From contig NMRA01000003.1 in assembly GCA_002633005.1 (NCBI GenBank), forward strand, positions 1,270,519-1,334,518: 64,000 nt of DNA, read 5' to 3'. The stretch is from Phoronis australis. Taxonomy: Eukaryota; Animalia; Phoronida. The notes under the pieces were generated by a model. The model was not told the origin of the DNA, searched no databases, and saw only the letters and a list, made by a program, of their open reading frames with translations. Shown in pieces: positions 11,501 to 22,689 of the stretch (position 1 is its first letter; each line of letters starts with the position of its first letter). Made by a program: the position numbers and the translations under genes.

Positions 11501-14500
11501 ATATATTAACAAGACATACCAGGCTGATTACTGTCGACCTTGGCTGGTTTCTGAATGTTTGCTTCCAGCTCATTCCCTCCTCCACCCTTAAGGTCTGGAC
11601 TGCTTTGGACACCTTAATACCCAAAGATGCTCAATTAAGAATGTAAATGCTAACTGTAATCATTCACATCGCGTGTTCCTAAAATCACCTCCAATCACTA
11701 CGTTTAATTTTCCCAAAATGATGCTCAGTTGAAGTACAGTAAGTGATTCCCGACAGAAAGAGTGGCATTGGGGGTAATTACTCTTAATGATGTCTTTAAT
11801 AAGCTAAGATTATAGATTAAAACACTTTTAATAAGAACGGTTTCAGAAAAAAAAAATTTCTACTTTGCTGGAGCCAAGACGTTCAATAGCAGAACACCAG
11901 TCATGACAATGCAAGGCAGAAGATAACAACAAAATATTAAAGGCGAAGGCAACCATTTCTCATGTCATTTTTAGCAAAAGTAAGTTTCGTTGATTATCCC
12001 AGACCTATTTTTCACTTAATCACAGCTTTTTGTAATTTAATTAATTACTCGTTCTCTACTCCAGAAGTGACATTTTGGGAGGCAAGAATTTCGTGCCAAT
12101 TTGGTTCTGCTTTGAGTTTACTGTGAGAATCTGTACTACTTTTGTTTTCGTGCTGTTTTTCTAAAATTGTCATCACCACTTCCCATCGACGAGTATTCTA
12201 CGACAAGCTAGGTTGTTAGAGAAATCAAATTACGTTGGATTTAGGAATTGTTTAGTTTGTAGTAACCTGAAAATGGCTGGAGTTGGCAACCCATACCACA
12301 GTGATAGTAGTGAGACATTGTTCATAGCAGGGATGACGAGGAATTTTTTCACGTACAGTCAGTGGGTGGGTATATGTTTGAGCCCAAGTATAAAGAGGCA
12401 GAGTACGCACAGGCACAACTTGCCCGAGTGTCCCGCGACACACTCCCACTGGATGGTGACCTGATCACCCAAACTGCTTACATCCTGCCATTGTGACTCC
12501 ATCGCTACACACCTGGCACCATCGAAATAGCTCCAATACCTTAGACAAGTCCACAATAAACTTATCAAAGTTTGGCTCTGTTCATTGGACGACGAACTGT
12601 CCTCGTCACTGTGTGTCGAACTGGGAGTGTATTCACTCCCACTAGTCAACACCGCTGCAGGGCTGCTTAAAGGCTCTGGGCTAAAGACAACAGCACAGGG
12701 CGAATCACTGCTATTTCCGAAAATACACGCTCTGGAGGTACGTTTGGAGGCACGGGTGACATTAGATGAAGCCTTGCTTCCAGTCACTGTAGTGGCCAAA
12801 GCTCGCGAGGCTTCTCGCTTTAACACACTTCTCGGAGGTGGCGATGGGGCACTGCCGGGAATCAACAGAGAAGGTATGGCACCCTTCTTCAGGCGTTGTT
12901 TCGAAGGGACCTTCATCAATTACGCGTACATATCTCTCTCGTAATCTGACGGCAGAAAATGCTTGCCACACCGCACTCGGTTACCCTCCACTGCTTTGAA
13001 CATTGCGTGGACGGGTAACGCTACGTTCTTCACAGGAACGAGCCAAATACGGTGAAGTGTGTCATCGTTCGGTAAGCGATGCAAAGGTACTCCCAAAGTG
13101 CGCGTGAGATGATGAGTACACCCTGGTACACAGCAACCGTGTGGCATGTTGACTGACTCATAAACAAAAGAAAATGACGAACGAACTTGTCACAACCGAG
13201 GTAGAACGATGACTGACTCGACAGCTCTCACAGGCAGACTATATGAAAAAAAATTGGCGCGAAATACTTGCCTCCCAAAACGTCACATCAGGAGTAGAGG
13301 ACGAGTAATAATTAAATTACGAAAAGCTGTAATCAAGTGAAAAATATGTCTGAGATCATCAACGCACTTTATTTTTGCGAAAAATGACATGAAAAAGGTT
13401 GCCTTCGCCTTTAACAACAAGTGGAAAAACTACACATTGGCGTTTAAGTCAATACATAGTTGTGAGAAATAACACCAGAGAGAGATTTTTCAAACACAAA
13501 CAGGAGCCTGTGTATAGCAGTACTGGTTTGAAATTCACAATACTGAGCATTTGGTTTGCAGCCTACATAGTTATTTAGCTGAGGTTCAAGTCTGAAACAA
13601 GCTTATTAAGTGTAAATACAAAAAATTTGAAACCAAAAAAGAAACAAAATGACGAACAATTTCTTTCACAAACATTCATATACTAGGTATTTGTATTTAT
13701 CTGACGTACAAGTATCAAAAGCAACACAAACCTGTTCACATAACATTGCGTTAGCTAAATCTCTCTGGTGCTATCATGTATTTACAATTAGTGTCAACAG
13801 TTCAAGAGTGGATGCTTACTTCGGGAAAAATATTTCCATTTGACAATGAACACAGAATAAATTTGTAACACACAAGGCTGTGCAACATCATGCACCCACT
13901 GTCCGGCTTAAGGGTGAATGGCAGTATACTGCTGGAGACTAGTGAAGGAATGACCAGAGTAGTGCAACTGTCACCAATGAACGTGCAACGTGAACACACA
14001 TCTCACGCAGTGAGAACCACTTAACCACCAATACAATCATATGTTATCAAAAAAGAAAAAGTTATACTCGCAGCCATTTCATTAAAGCAAGCTGGTGTTT
14101 AGGACAAAGGCTAATAATATTTATTTCACACGACTAGAAGTTAACTTCTAATTAATCAAGATCTTACTACACATATTAGTGGTTTAATGGACACATAATG
14201 AAACTGATACAGCTGTAAGTAAGCGGATGTGAGGGACATCTAGCTTGGTGTTACAACAAAAATTTGTGTTTGCACCTGATGAATTTTTCATCTTCACAGC
14301 AGCCGCGTTAGTCACACCTGAAAGTTTTACAAGCTTAACATTATCGATCTTTGAAAGGGTTGCCCCTCACACAACATGTTATATCATTTCTCTCACTCTT
14401 TTCTACTGAACAGTGAAGCAACTAAAAAGAAGTGCCGTCTGAATGGTTCACTTGGACCATCACTTAGTAATATGCACACACTGGCAGTGCAACATGTGAC

Positions 14501-17500
14501 AAAAGGTTAAATGCAAAGCCATTAAAGCTATTGACTGGTTCACGCGAAAACAGCTGCATACCTTTTTCAACGTTTTTCATAATTTCTTTCAGTGGCTGCG
14601 GGTGGTCAGCAGGCTTGTTTCTTTCAGCGATCGACTGCTCAGCTACAGCTTTGTCATGTGACATCAAGGTAGAGTAGGTGCTGGCCACAAGGAAAATGAC
14701 ACCCAGGAAGAAGACCAACTGCAGTTGTGGAAAACATGCATTATGTAATATAATTGTTGGACAATATAGTCAGCCACTAACTGTATGAAGATAGTGTCAT
14801 GACTGCAGGACAATACAGTTAGTCAGGTGTCATGGCTGCAGGACAATAGAGTTAGTCAGCTAACCGTGAGAAAATTAATGTCATGGCTGCAGGACAATAT
14901 AGCCAGCCACCAACTGTATGAAAACTAGGTTCAAGACTGCAGGACAATATAGTCAGCCAGCTAAACGTGTGAAGACTAGCGTCATGACTGCAGGACAATA
15001 TAGTCAGCCAGCTAACTGTGTGAAGACTAGCGTCATGACTGCAGGACAATATAGTCAGCCAGCTAACTGTATGAAGACTAGTTTACTGACTTCTTTGCAG
15101 ATAAGCCAACACCGCCAACAATACAATAATGTTCGTTTACACATTATTTACACATGCGGATTGCACACACATTCCTCAAAACAAGCAAACACTCTTCAAT
15201 AACAAGGCACCAAATCTGTGACACTAACCCTGGCATACATATGTCCGTTGTTCCCAGTCTTGCCCATTACTTGCATGTACATGACGGCTGGGAATATGAA
15301 ACAGATCATCGTCCCCATTGTTGCACCTGTCAGACCCAGGATAAACTCAACTGAAACCAACAATAAACAGGTGAGATCATACAAACCATAGTGGCCCTAG
15401 TCAGAGCCAGGATTACCTCAACTGAAACTAACAATTAACATGTGACACCATAGTATCCATGGCAGGCTGTCAGAACCAGAATGAACTCGCTTGAAACCAA
15501 CAACAAGAAATATCCCGTTTAAGACACAATTATCCCGAAAATTGAAGGCTACCTTTTATTCTCTAACTACTTTTAATTAGTTCATCATAAATTGTATTTA
15601 TTTATATTATGGTAAAAACCTGTCAATTTTTACCTTCTTCATTTTCAAGGAGTTCTAACGTTGTTGTACGACAGAATCTATGGTGCAGAACTTGAAGATG
15701 AAAAGCCTTATTTTGGTGCTAGCTATCTTGGAAAATTAAGAAAAGCAATTTTAACTTGTAAGCTATATTGTGTCCTAAATTGATGAGTTGTTACCATATG
15801 CACAAACAAAATTGGCTGTTAACATTGTCCAGTGTTCAGTCAAAGCGAAATATCAAAGTGAAACCATACACTTCAGCCTAGCATGGTGTTAAAAAAATAC
15901 GGATTTACTCCATCATAAGATTGGGTGAATACACAACACTCCTTGTTATTAACAATCTTTATTCTGTTCCGTTCATATCCTCAACAGAACATAGGTAAAG
16001 AAACTGACCAACAGACAAGATAAAAAAGACATACCATATTTCGAAACATACTTGTTTCATTCTTAAGTGGAAATATCGGAAAACTTGCACCCGAAGTACC
16101 GCCAGTCCATCGTAAAAAAAGTATCGATCAGATTATTATACATTTAAATGCATGAAGTAATGTCAGCAAGTGAAAAGAAGTAACAAACTCACCATCAGGA
16201 ATGCATATACCAATAATCAAAGTTCCCCCGACTAACACAAAAGTGATAACTTTGAATCGTGTAGGGGGGATAACCGAAGGACCACTTATGTTCCCATGTG
16301 TCCCTCCAGCCTACAATAGCAAAAACAATCCTTTAAGAATCCTAAACAGTAAAGCACGCTTTGTGCATTAAAATTTCATAGATCAGAGACAGGATAGCAC
16401 TTCAATCAATCCTCAAGAGTACTGAAGATTTATTAAACAAAATAAAACAAATTGAATAATGCCAAACATGTAGATAATTCACTGCTGCAAACATGTAGAA
16501 TAGTCACCCAAGTTATATTAAATTGTTGAAATTTTCAGAAAATTCTAACACAATAACCAATAAAGCATTTGCAGCATAATTTCACTAATCTTCCAAAAAA
16601 CAAAACAGGACAAAAAAGCCAACATTGACCTCTACCTGTGAGAATAGGAGTGAATGTAGACTGGCCCTGCATGGGAAGACAACCAGAGGAAAGCTGATAG
16701 CCACGGAAAGGACGAAAGCCAGTTTGATGAGCTCATTGACGAAGGACGGGACAAAGGACAGAAGGACGTCACCAGCGATGTCACTGTTGTAAAAGGCCAC
16801 ACATCCAAAGAACCCCACCTGTAACAACATGTATTGTCTTGTAAGTGGAATTTCACCAACATACCATTTAACATAAGTATCTACTGTTCAACGATATTAG
16901 ATACAGTTAGCTTATGACAGTGAACCAATGAATACATCGCGGTATACAATTAGTTAGGAGTACAGGATTTGGTAAACAGGACAATTCTTCTGTTTTGGGG
17001 ATTGAAACTTACATTAAAAGAAAAATCTCACCAATTTGAGACACAAATAATTGACAGAAATTGCATATTTTATTTTTCAAGGTCTTCAACCATTGTCCTG
17101 AATGCCTGAAATTTTTTCATAGGGTCTCGTGGTACCTCATTAAGAACACAACTTGAAGCCAGTAAAACATTTAGTTTGGCGCTAAGTACAGAACTTGAAC
17201 TCGGTAAAGCATTAAGTGGCACTGCATATCTTTTGATGAGAAAAATAAGAAAACAAAATTTCTCTTGTCCGCCAATAAATTTGGGTCTTAGATAGGTGAG
17301 ACTTTACCATACTTAAGAGAACTGACAGCAATTCTCTTTATAAATGCATTTCTCGATCACTGCTTTACTTAATGAGCAGTCTCGTAAGTTTCACAAACAT
17401 AGACATGATGATAACACTTAATGAACATAGCCTTGTGTTCACAGTCATAGACATGATAACACTGAATGAACACAGCCTTGTGTGTTACACACTTATACGC

Positions 17501-19077
17501 ATGATTACGACAATACTTAATGAACACAGCCTCATGTGTTACACAATCATAAACATGAGAAGATCACAGTAATTTTATAGATTTTAATGGCAAACATTAA
17601 CAGAAAATTTGAGACTTTAAAATTAGTGCGCGCTTCAAAATATACACAGCGAAGAATGCTAATCGATTCATTTCAAAATTTTACACAACCTATTCACAAA
17701 TAGCTTTTTACTACATACCATGAGATAAACAGTTCCGCACAGGGTAACAGCTCCGCTCATCACTCTGTTCATCTTGTGAAGCGAAGGGTCAGGTAAAGCA
17801 TCATAGATAACAAACAACTGACTGGAAAAGGAGAATCCAAGAATTCACTCCTCTTTCGATAATATTAACTACGAGAAAACAAAAGAGCACAGTGAACTTT
17901 AAAGCACTATGCATTGCTATCTTGGTGCATGTTTTGGAGAAGAACCATTTGTTGTAATTTCGTAATACTGCGCACTAGCATTCTGAATTACATCAGGTAA
18001 CAACATGGACAGAATGCAGTTTCAATGAGAAGATTCATCGCTAGTAACTTGACTTATCCTGGTTGAAGTTTGAGATTTCAACTTGACCTAATTAACACTG
18101 TGTCGGCCTGCATTCACATGGTGAATAAGAAAATGCAATAATTACACTCTTAAAATTAATTACAATTTACAATTGAAAATATCTATATAATACCTTTTAA
18201 ACAACACCTTTTCAATTTTATTTTTAATCTAAAGCCAAATAACTCCTGTCAGAAGGTGTTTCAACTCACGTTTGACAAGCAAATGCTAAAGAAAATATTG
18301 GCAAACTCTGAAATATTGCACTAGGGTTCCACAGATCCATGCTAGTGTACCAAGCGGCAGACAACAGGTTTGGCGCAGCGATTGTGAACATCTGGAAAAC
18401 AGCAATTAACAACCGAGTACTGATTCCGCATCTTTGTACTGGACCAAAAACAAAAACAAGATAATCAAGACGGTGACATCTGACATGGTGTTTATTAGGC
18501 TAAATGTTGTTACATGTCCAATCAGAGAGCTTTATGCATTAGTGCGTCTAGTCTTTATGGACAACAAGTAAGGCTGGCTTAAACTCATGATCAAAAGTGG
18601 TTGGTGCGATTTTTGTTTTGCAAAGAATCTCAAGACTAGTGAACAAGATATAAAAAACAAAGCATTACTGACAATAACTCAATGTCTTCATGGTGCCATA
18701 GATGAAGACCTTTTCATTTTTTACAAATAATGTGGAAACACATAAACTTTACGGTTATTGTCAGAGAATTAACAAGTTCAGTGGTGAATTTGAGAACTTA
18801 CCTTTAACACAAACACACCATAAAATCCCATCGATACTGCACACAGTCCAGTCAAACTGTCCACATTCCGTAGCAGCCCAAGTGGGAAGGCAACAAACAT
18901 ACCGAGAAACACCATTATCAGTGTTCTTAATGTGCTTGTGTTCTGAAAAACACGTACACAGCAACATAATTATCAGTGTTCCTAATATAACAGTGTTCTG
19001 AAAAGTACATACAAAGGAGCATCATTATTATTGTCCTGAATATGCTTGTGTTCTGAAGTACACCATCATTGGCATTC

Positions 19078-19141
<64 letters not shown>

Positions 19142-22100
19142 CAGAAATATACATTCACGGGAATTATTGATGTTATTAATGAGCCTGTAGAGGACCTTTC
19201 AGTGTTGTTTGACAAGAATTATACATGTTTTGTGTAAATGCAAGTGAAAACTAAAACAGTTTCACAGTAGCAACCTTACAAGCAGAAACATATTAAAAGT
19301 AAAATGCTTGACTTTGGTCACAAACTATAGCACATGAACCACCAACTCCGTATATTTTCAATGGACAAAATCTGTGATCTTACACATAAGCCGTGACATC
19401 ATTATTCACTAGCGACACCTGGCAGACATAGCACGCTTTACTTCCAGCAAGTACGTCATCTGCTAATCATGGTCATTTACCCGGGATTTGGATTGGCGAT
19501 TTTGCCCAACTCACATCCGAGTTTATATAAATTAAATGCTTGTGTAATGTTAACTTGTTAAATAAAGCCCTTTTTAATACTCCAGAAATAACCACCAGGC
19601 TTACTCAAAAATCAATTTCTCACTTCAACAGCAGTTTACATACTCCACAGAAAGTTTCATTTTAAGCTTGAATGTATACCGGTGCCACTCAAAATTTCTG
19701 GACTCTATGATTGGGAGACCTTAAACAGCATTTCAATGCCGAAATTTTTTCTTCGCTGTACTTAACAGTAAAATAGATGGAAGAATTTCCCACCACTATA
19801 CACTAACCGGAAGCTGAGTTTGCCATGTTTAGAGGACGGCGCCTCCTCTAGGATATTCCGCAAGAAAATGTCAGAGTAATGTCTATAATGTATGCTTTGG
19901 TCAAACATTTAACATGTCTTCAAGTGATACTGTTCAATGTTGTATTCAACACTATGTCTGACACTGGCACGCATGTGTCACAGTAATGTATAAATAATCT
20001 CTCTAACTTAAGGCAAGATCACTGGATTACGACTTTGATGATACCAGGGTAAGGAATGGCCAATTACAAAAAAGAGGAAAATTTTCCAGGTGATGTATCG
20101 TTCCACAAATAAATAAGTTTGTGTGATAGGAATGTTTTTGATTTGTAAAATTTAAGTGAAATAAATGTTTTCGCATGAAAAAGATCAACATAATGACAAA
20201 AAAGAGACGCAAAAAGAAGAAACAGGAAATCAAATAAGAGGTAATCGAAACCAAAAAAGAGGAAATCCTCTTAAAAGATGAAAATTGCAAGCCCTGTGAT
20301 ACGTACCTCGATTCCAAACAGCTTGGATATTATTGCAGGTCCCAAGTCACCAATAATTACATGGAAGGCAATGCATGTCCCAACGAGCAGACCAATAATA
20401 CTGGAAGGAAAGTTAAATAATTTGTTTAAAGAATATCGCGTTCGACAAAATACAAAATAAATTTATTTAAGTTACATAGCGCCTTATACATACGTGAAAA
20501 CCTGCATTTTGATATCGGAGTATTGTCACAGGTTTTGTTGATATGCCCATTCATCTTCCCCAGTTTTACAAATTTGTGTATTATAAACAAAACAATTCAT
20601 CGATTCCTTGCGCAGTTACGCGTGCTGCTGCAAACTTGACTTGTTCCTGTTTGAAGCGAGTGATTTCGACTTGCAATAGCCTTTTAAAGACATGTTTGTT
20701 GTACAATGCCTCTAGCGGATTTCAAATACATCACAGTCATTACAAAACAAGTAATTAAAAGTGTCAAAAACCAGTTTCATGATATATTTTATACTATAGA
20801 CATAATTGGAAACAACAACAGGTACCAAATTAAGAAATTATGTCAGTTAGAATAAAGCCTAGCCTGATATTAATTTAACATAGTCCTAGTTTGACTGCCA
20901 GTTCAAACGCACATTCTGTGACCACTTCACAAATCACTGAGATCTTTAACAAACATTTGAGGTCCGTCGTATGGAGATGGATTGTTCTCCTTTGACTTCA
21001 AAGACATGGGCCAGGCATACCCTCACAGTACCAAAAACGTACTCAAGAATCCAGTCATTTCAGTAACAGGGCCTTGCACAATGGAATACTTAAAGTAATG
21101 CTCCATCACTAGTGACTGAACCACCACATTCACTGTTTTTTAGAATTATTCTATTATAGCATTTTTTGTTTATTTTATGAATTTATTTTGAATTTCTTTT
21201 ATTTTATTTTATTTTCTCCATTGTCAATTGTAGTCAGCAAAATGAGACTGCGGCTTATGTCTACTGTTTTTGAACAGAGTAAATTAACATGAACTTGACT
21301 ATAAATCAAGACTTTTTGGCTACAAAGGGTTATACTTACCTAATTTCTACACATAGTTTCCCCATGGCTCCAAAAGTGTGGTATGCTGCAAAAATAAACC
21401 CAGTGACAACAGAGCTATGAAACACACCTTGTCGATAAATGAACAACTGTTACTACAAATGTGTGAGCAGATTACGAAATGTTCACTGGCTGCATTGCTC
21501 TGAGTCAAACAGCAGCTAAGCTTTCGCATTTATTTCCTGACATCCTGTTATGGCTGTTGGGTTTAGCCAACTTGAGCAAACTCAATCACACCAATATAAA
21601 CAGAAACAGCAAGTTTAACACAGAAATGGCAGATATGTAAAATCATCAAAAATGAAAACATTCAAACTTCCCTATGCATGGCACTTAAAATTATTAGACA
21701 AAGCTCAACCAAGCCATTTTTGCCACAATGATAATACCTGAACAGGACAGATATGTTTGCGGAGAAAGAAACATAACCAACAGGTGTTACTGCACTCGCT
21801 GCACAGAGTTACCTAGAAATTCATAACTGCGCCTTTTCGATGATATGGCCGCCTTCATCAACAGTCGACAAGATACTTGGGTCAACCAGGAGCAGAAGAG
21901 TAAGACAAGTGGACCAAGAACAATGCCACACTGTAAACAGATAACAGCAAGTGTCGTAGTGCATGTGTCTATACAGTCTTATGCATGTGGTGTAAATCTA
22001 TCAATTTCATGATACATGCCTGCTTCGGTGATAGATGTTTATTGGGTTTAATGTCAATACAAAAATCTTGTTGCAGTTGGTGTGCAATAGGAAATGCCAC

Positions 22101-22689
22101 CTTTTGAAGAAAAAGACGCAACAAGCTTCTACAAATTTTAATAAAATTTGAATGCTCCACCAAATTCTTACACCTCAACTTGTAACTACTGGTAATATGT
22201 AACTACTGGTAATATGTAACTACTGGTAATATGTAACTACTGGTAATATGTAACTACTGGTAATATGTAACTACTGGTAATATGTAACTACTGGTAATAT
22301 GTAACTACTGGTAATATGTAACTACTGGTAATATGTAACTACTGATAATATGTAAGGTTTCATGTTTTAACACCACAAAAGACTTGTCGTGTTAATGCCA
22401 ACCATTGCTTGTTCAGTATAACTAGTTCAAATAAAGGAGATACAAAACTCTGCAGTTGCATTCCAGCTGATACAAAACTCTGTAGTTATATTCAAGTTAA
22501 GGCAAAAACCAACTAACATAACAACAACGGTTTACCAATTAATTTATAAGAAATGTAATGATGTCGTCATCAGCAATTTTAAAAAAACTGTACCTTCTTG
22601 AAGCAAAATGGCATAGCAAGAACGCTGACGCCAATAATACTGTTGCCCAAATTGACAATAAAGGACCAGTTCTTTCCTTGGTTCATCAT
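5562..22689 (-). CDS. SLC38A10: Sodium-coupled neutral amino acid transporter 10 (SLC38A10/SNAT10), about 990 aa, 16 coding exons including one uncertain 42-nt exon
   Basis: Coding exons (minus strand, all GT-AG, phases consistent): 22689-22594 [32 protein letters not shown]; 21930-21813 [17 protein letters not shown]..; 21385-21340; 20400-20307 [20 protein letters not shown]; 18942-18802; 18391-18270 ..[12 protein letters not shown]; 17821-17719; 16818-16636 [17 protein letters not shown]; 16310-16193; 15350-15229 [18 protein letters not shown]; 14718-14562; 14317-14276 (uncertain); 11612-11520; 11087-11005; 8280-8077 (coiled coil); 6820-5562. The last exon has an apparent frameshift only at N6078. 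Motifs match the vertebrate SLC38A10 TM domain plus long hydrophilic tail. Confidence 0.95.
5880..6660 (-). repeat. Coding 24-bp minisatellite (QQPNVANV)n in the last SLC38A10 exon
   Basis: Plus-strand unit TTGCACGTTTGCAACATT(G/A)GGCTG, about 28 near-perfect copies (5925-6590) plus degenerate flanking copies. Interrupted by N at 6078, so the true copy number is unknown. Confidence 0.97.
8410..10070 (-). mobile_element. Non-autonomous element with about 3.3 tandem 400-450 bp units, same family as 1480-2870
   Basis: TTGCCAC(T/G)..G.GGCA motifs recur at about 8613, 9010, 9448 and 9897, with GAAGATACAGAG blocks at similar spacing. Lies in an SLC38A10 intron. Confidence 0.6.
11941..13410 (-). mobile_element. 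Internally deleted Kolobok-type DNA transposon (THAP-transposase 5' end plus KolX-like 5' end)
   Basis: TTAA at 11937-11940 and 13411-13414. Termini AGGCGAAGGCAACC/GGTTGCCTTCGCCT. TIRs about 160 bp with roughly 20 differences by eye. Minus ORF 13147-12359 has a THAP domain ([27 protein letters not shown]) with one in-frame TAA at 12920-12922. Confidence 0.85.
12359..13147 (-). pseudogene. THAP-domain transposase N-terminus, nonsense-disrupted and truncated
   Basis: ORFs 13147-12920 and 12919-12359 are in the same frame, separated by one stop. Shows C2CH THAP signature, AIPSL box, Ser-rich linker and WECVAGH motif. Confidence 0.8.
14757..15085. repeat. 51-bp minisatellite, about 6 copies
   Basis: Unit GTCATGACTGCAGGACAATATAGTCAGCCAGCTAACTGTGTGAAGACTAGC fills most of the 14719-15228 intron. 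Confidence 0.9.
15303..15510 (-). repeat. Three degenerate copies (about 70 bp) of the intron/exon junction of SLC38A10 exon 15350-15229
   Basis: GTCAGACCCAGGATAAACTCAACTGAAACCAACAA (true junction, ctg at 15351) recurs as GTCAGAGCCAGGATTACCTCAACTGAAACTAACAA (15422) and GTCAGAACCAGAATGAACTCGCTTGAAACCAACAA (15491). Confidence 0.85.
17365..17570. repeat. Degenerate tandem repeat of about 45-55 bp, 4 copies
   Basis: Recurring CTTAATGAACAYAGCCTYRTGTG...CATGA blocks. Confidence 0.75.
18911..19160 (-). repeat. Degenerate 55-bp copies of the intron/exon junction of SLC38A10 exon 18942-18802, ending in a (GT)30 microsatellite
   Basis: GTGTTCTGAA with ctg at 18943 (true acceptor), 18998 and 19053 (period 55). 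A fourth remnant GTGTTCAGAAAT follows (GT)n at 19081-19140. Confidence 0.85.
22182..22355. repeat. 17-bp minisatellite, about 10 copies
   Basis: (GTAACTACTGGTAATAT)n, nearly perfect, no spacers. Confidence 0.95.

Noticed and set aside
17365-17570. Third junction echo
   Set aside because: The repeat does not overlap or resemble the nearby exon boundaries (17719, 16818). It is an ordinary degenerate minisatellite.
18927-19237. ORFs with HTHTHT / CVCVCV runs
   Set aside because: Translations of the (GT)n microsatellite.
22182-22355. 17-bp array as a CRISPR or telomere-like repeat
   Set aside because: Plain head-to-tail minisatellite without spacers or G-strand bias.
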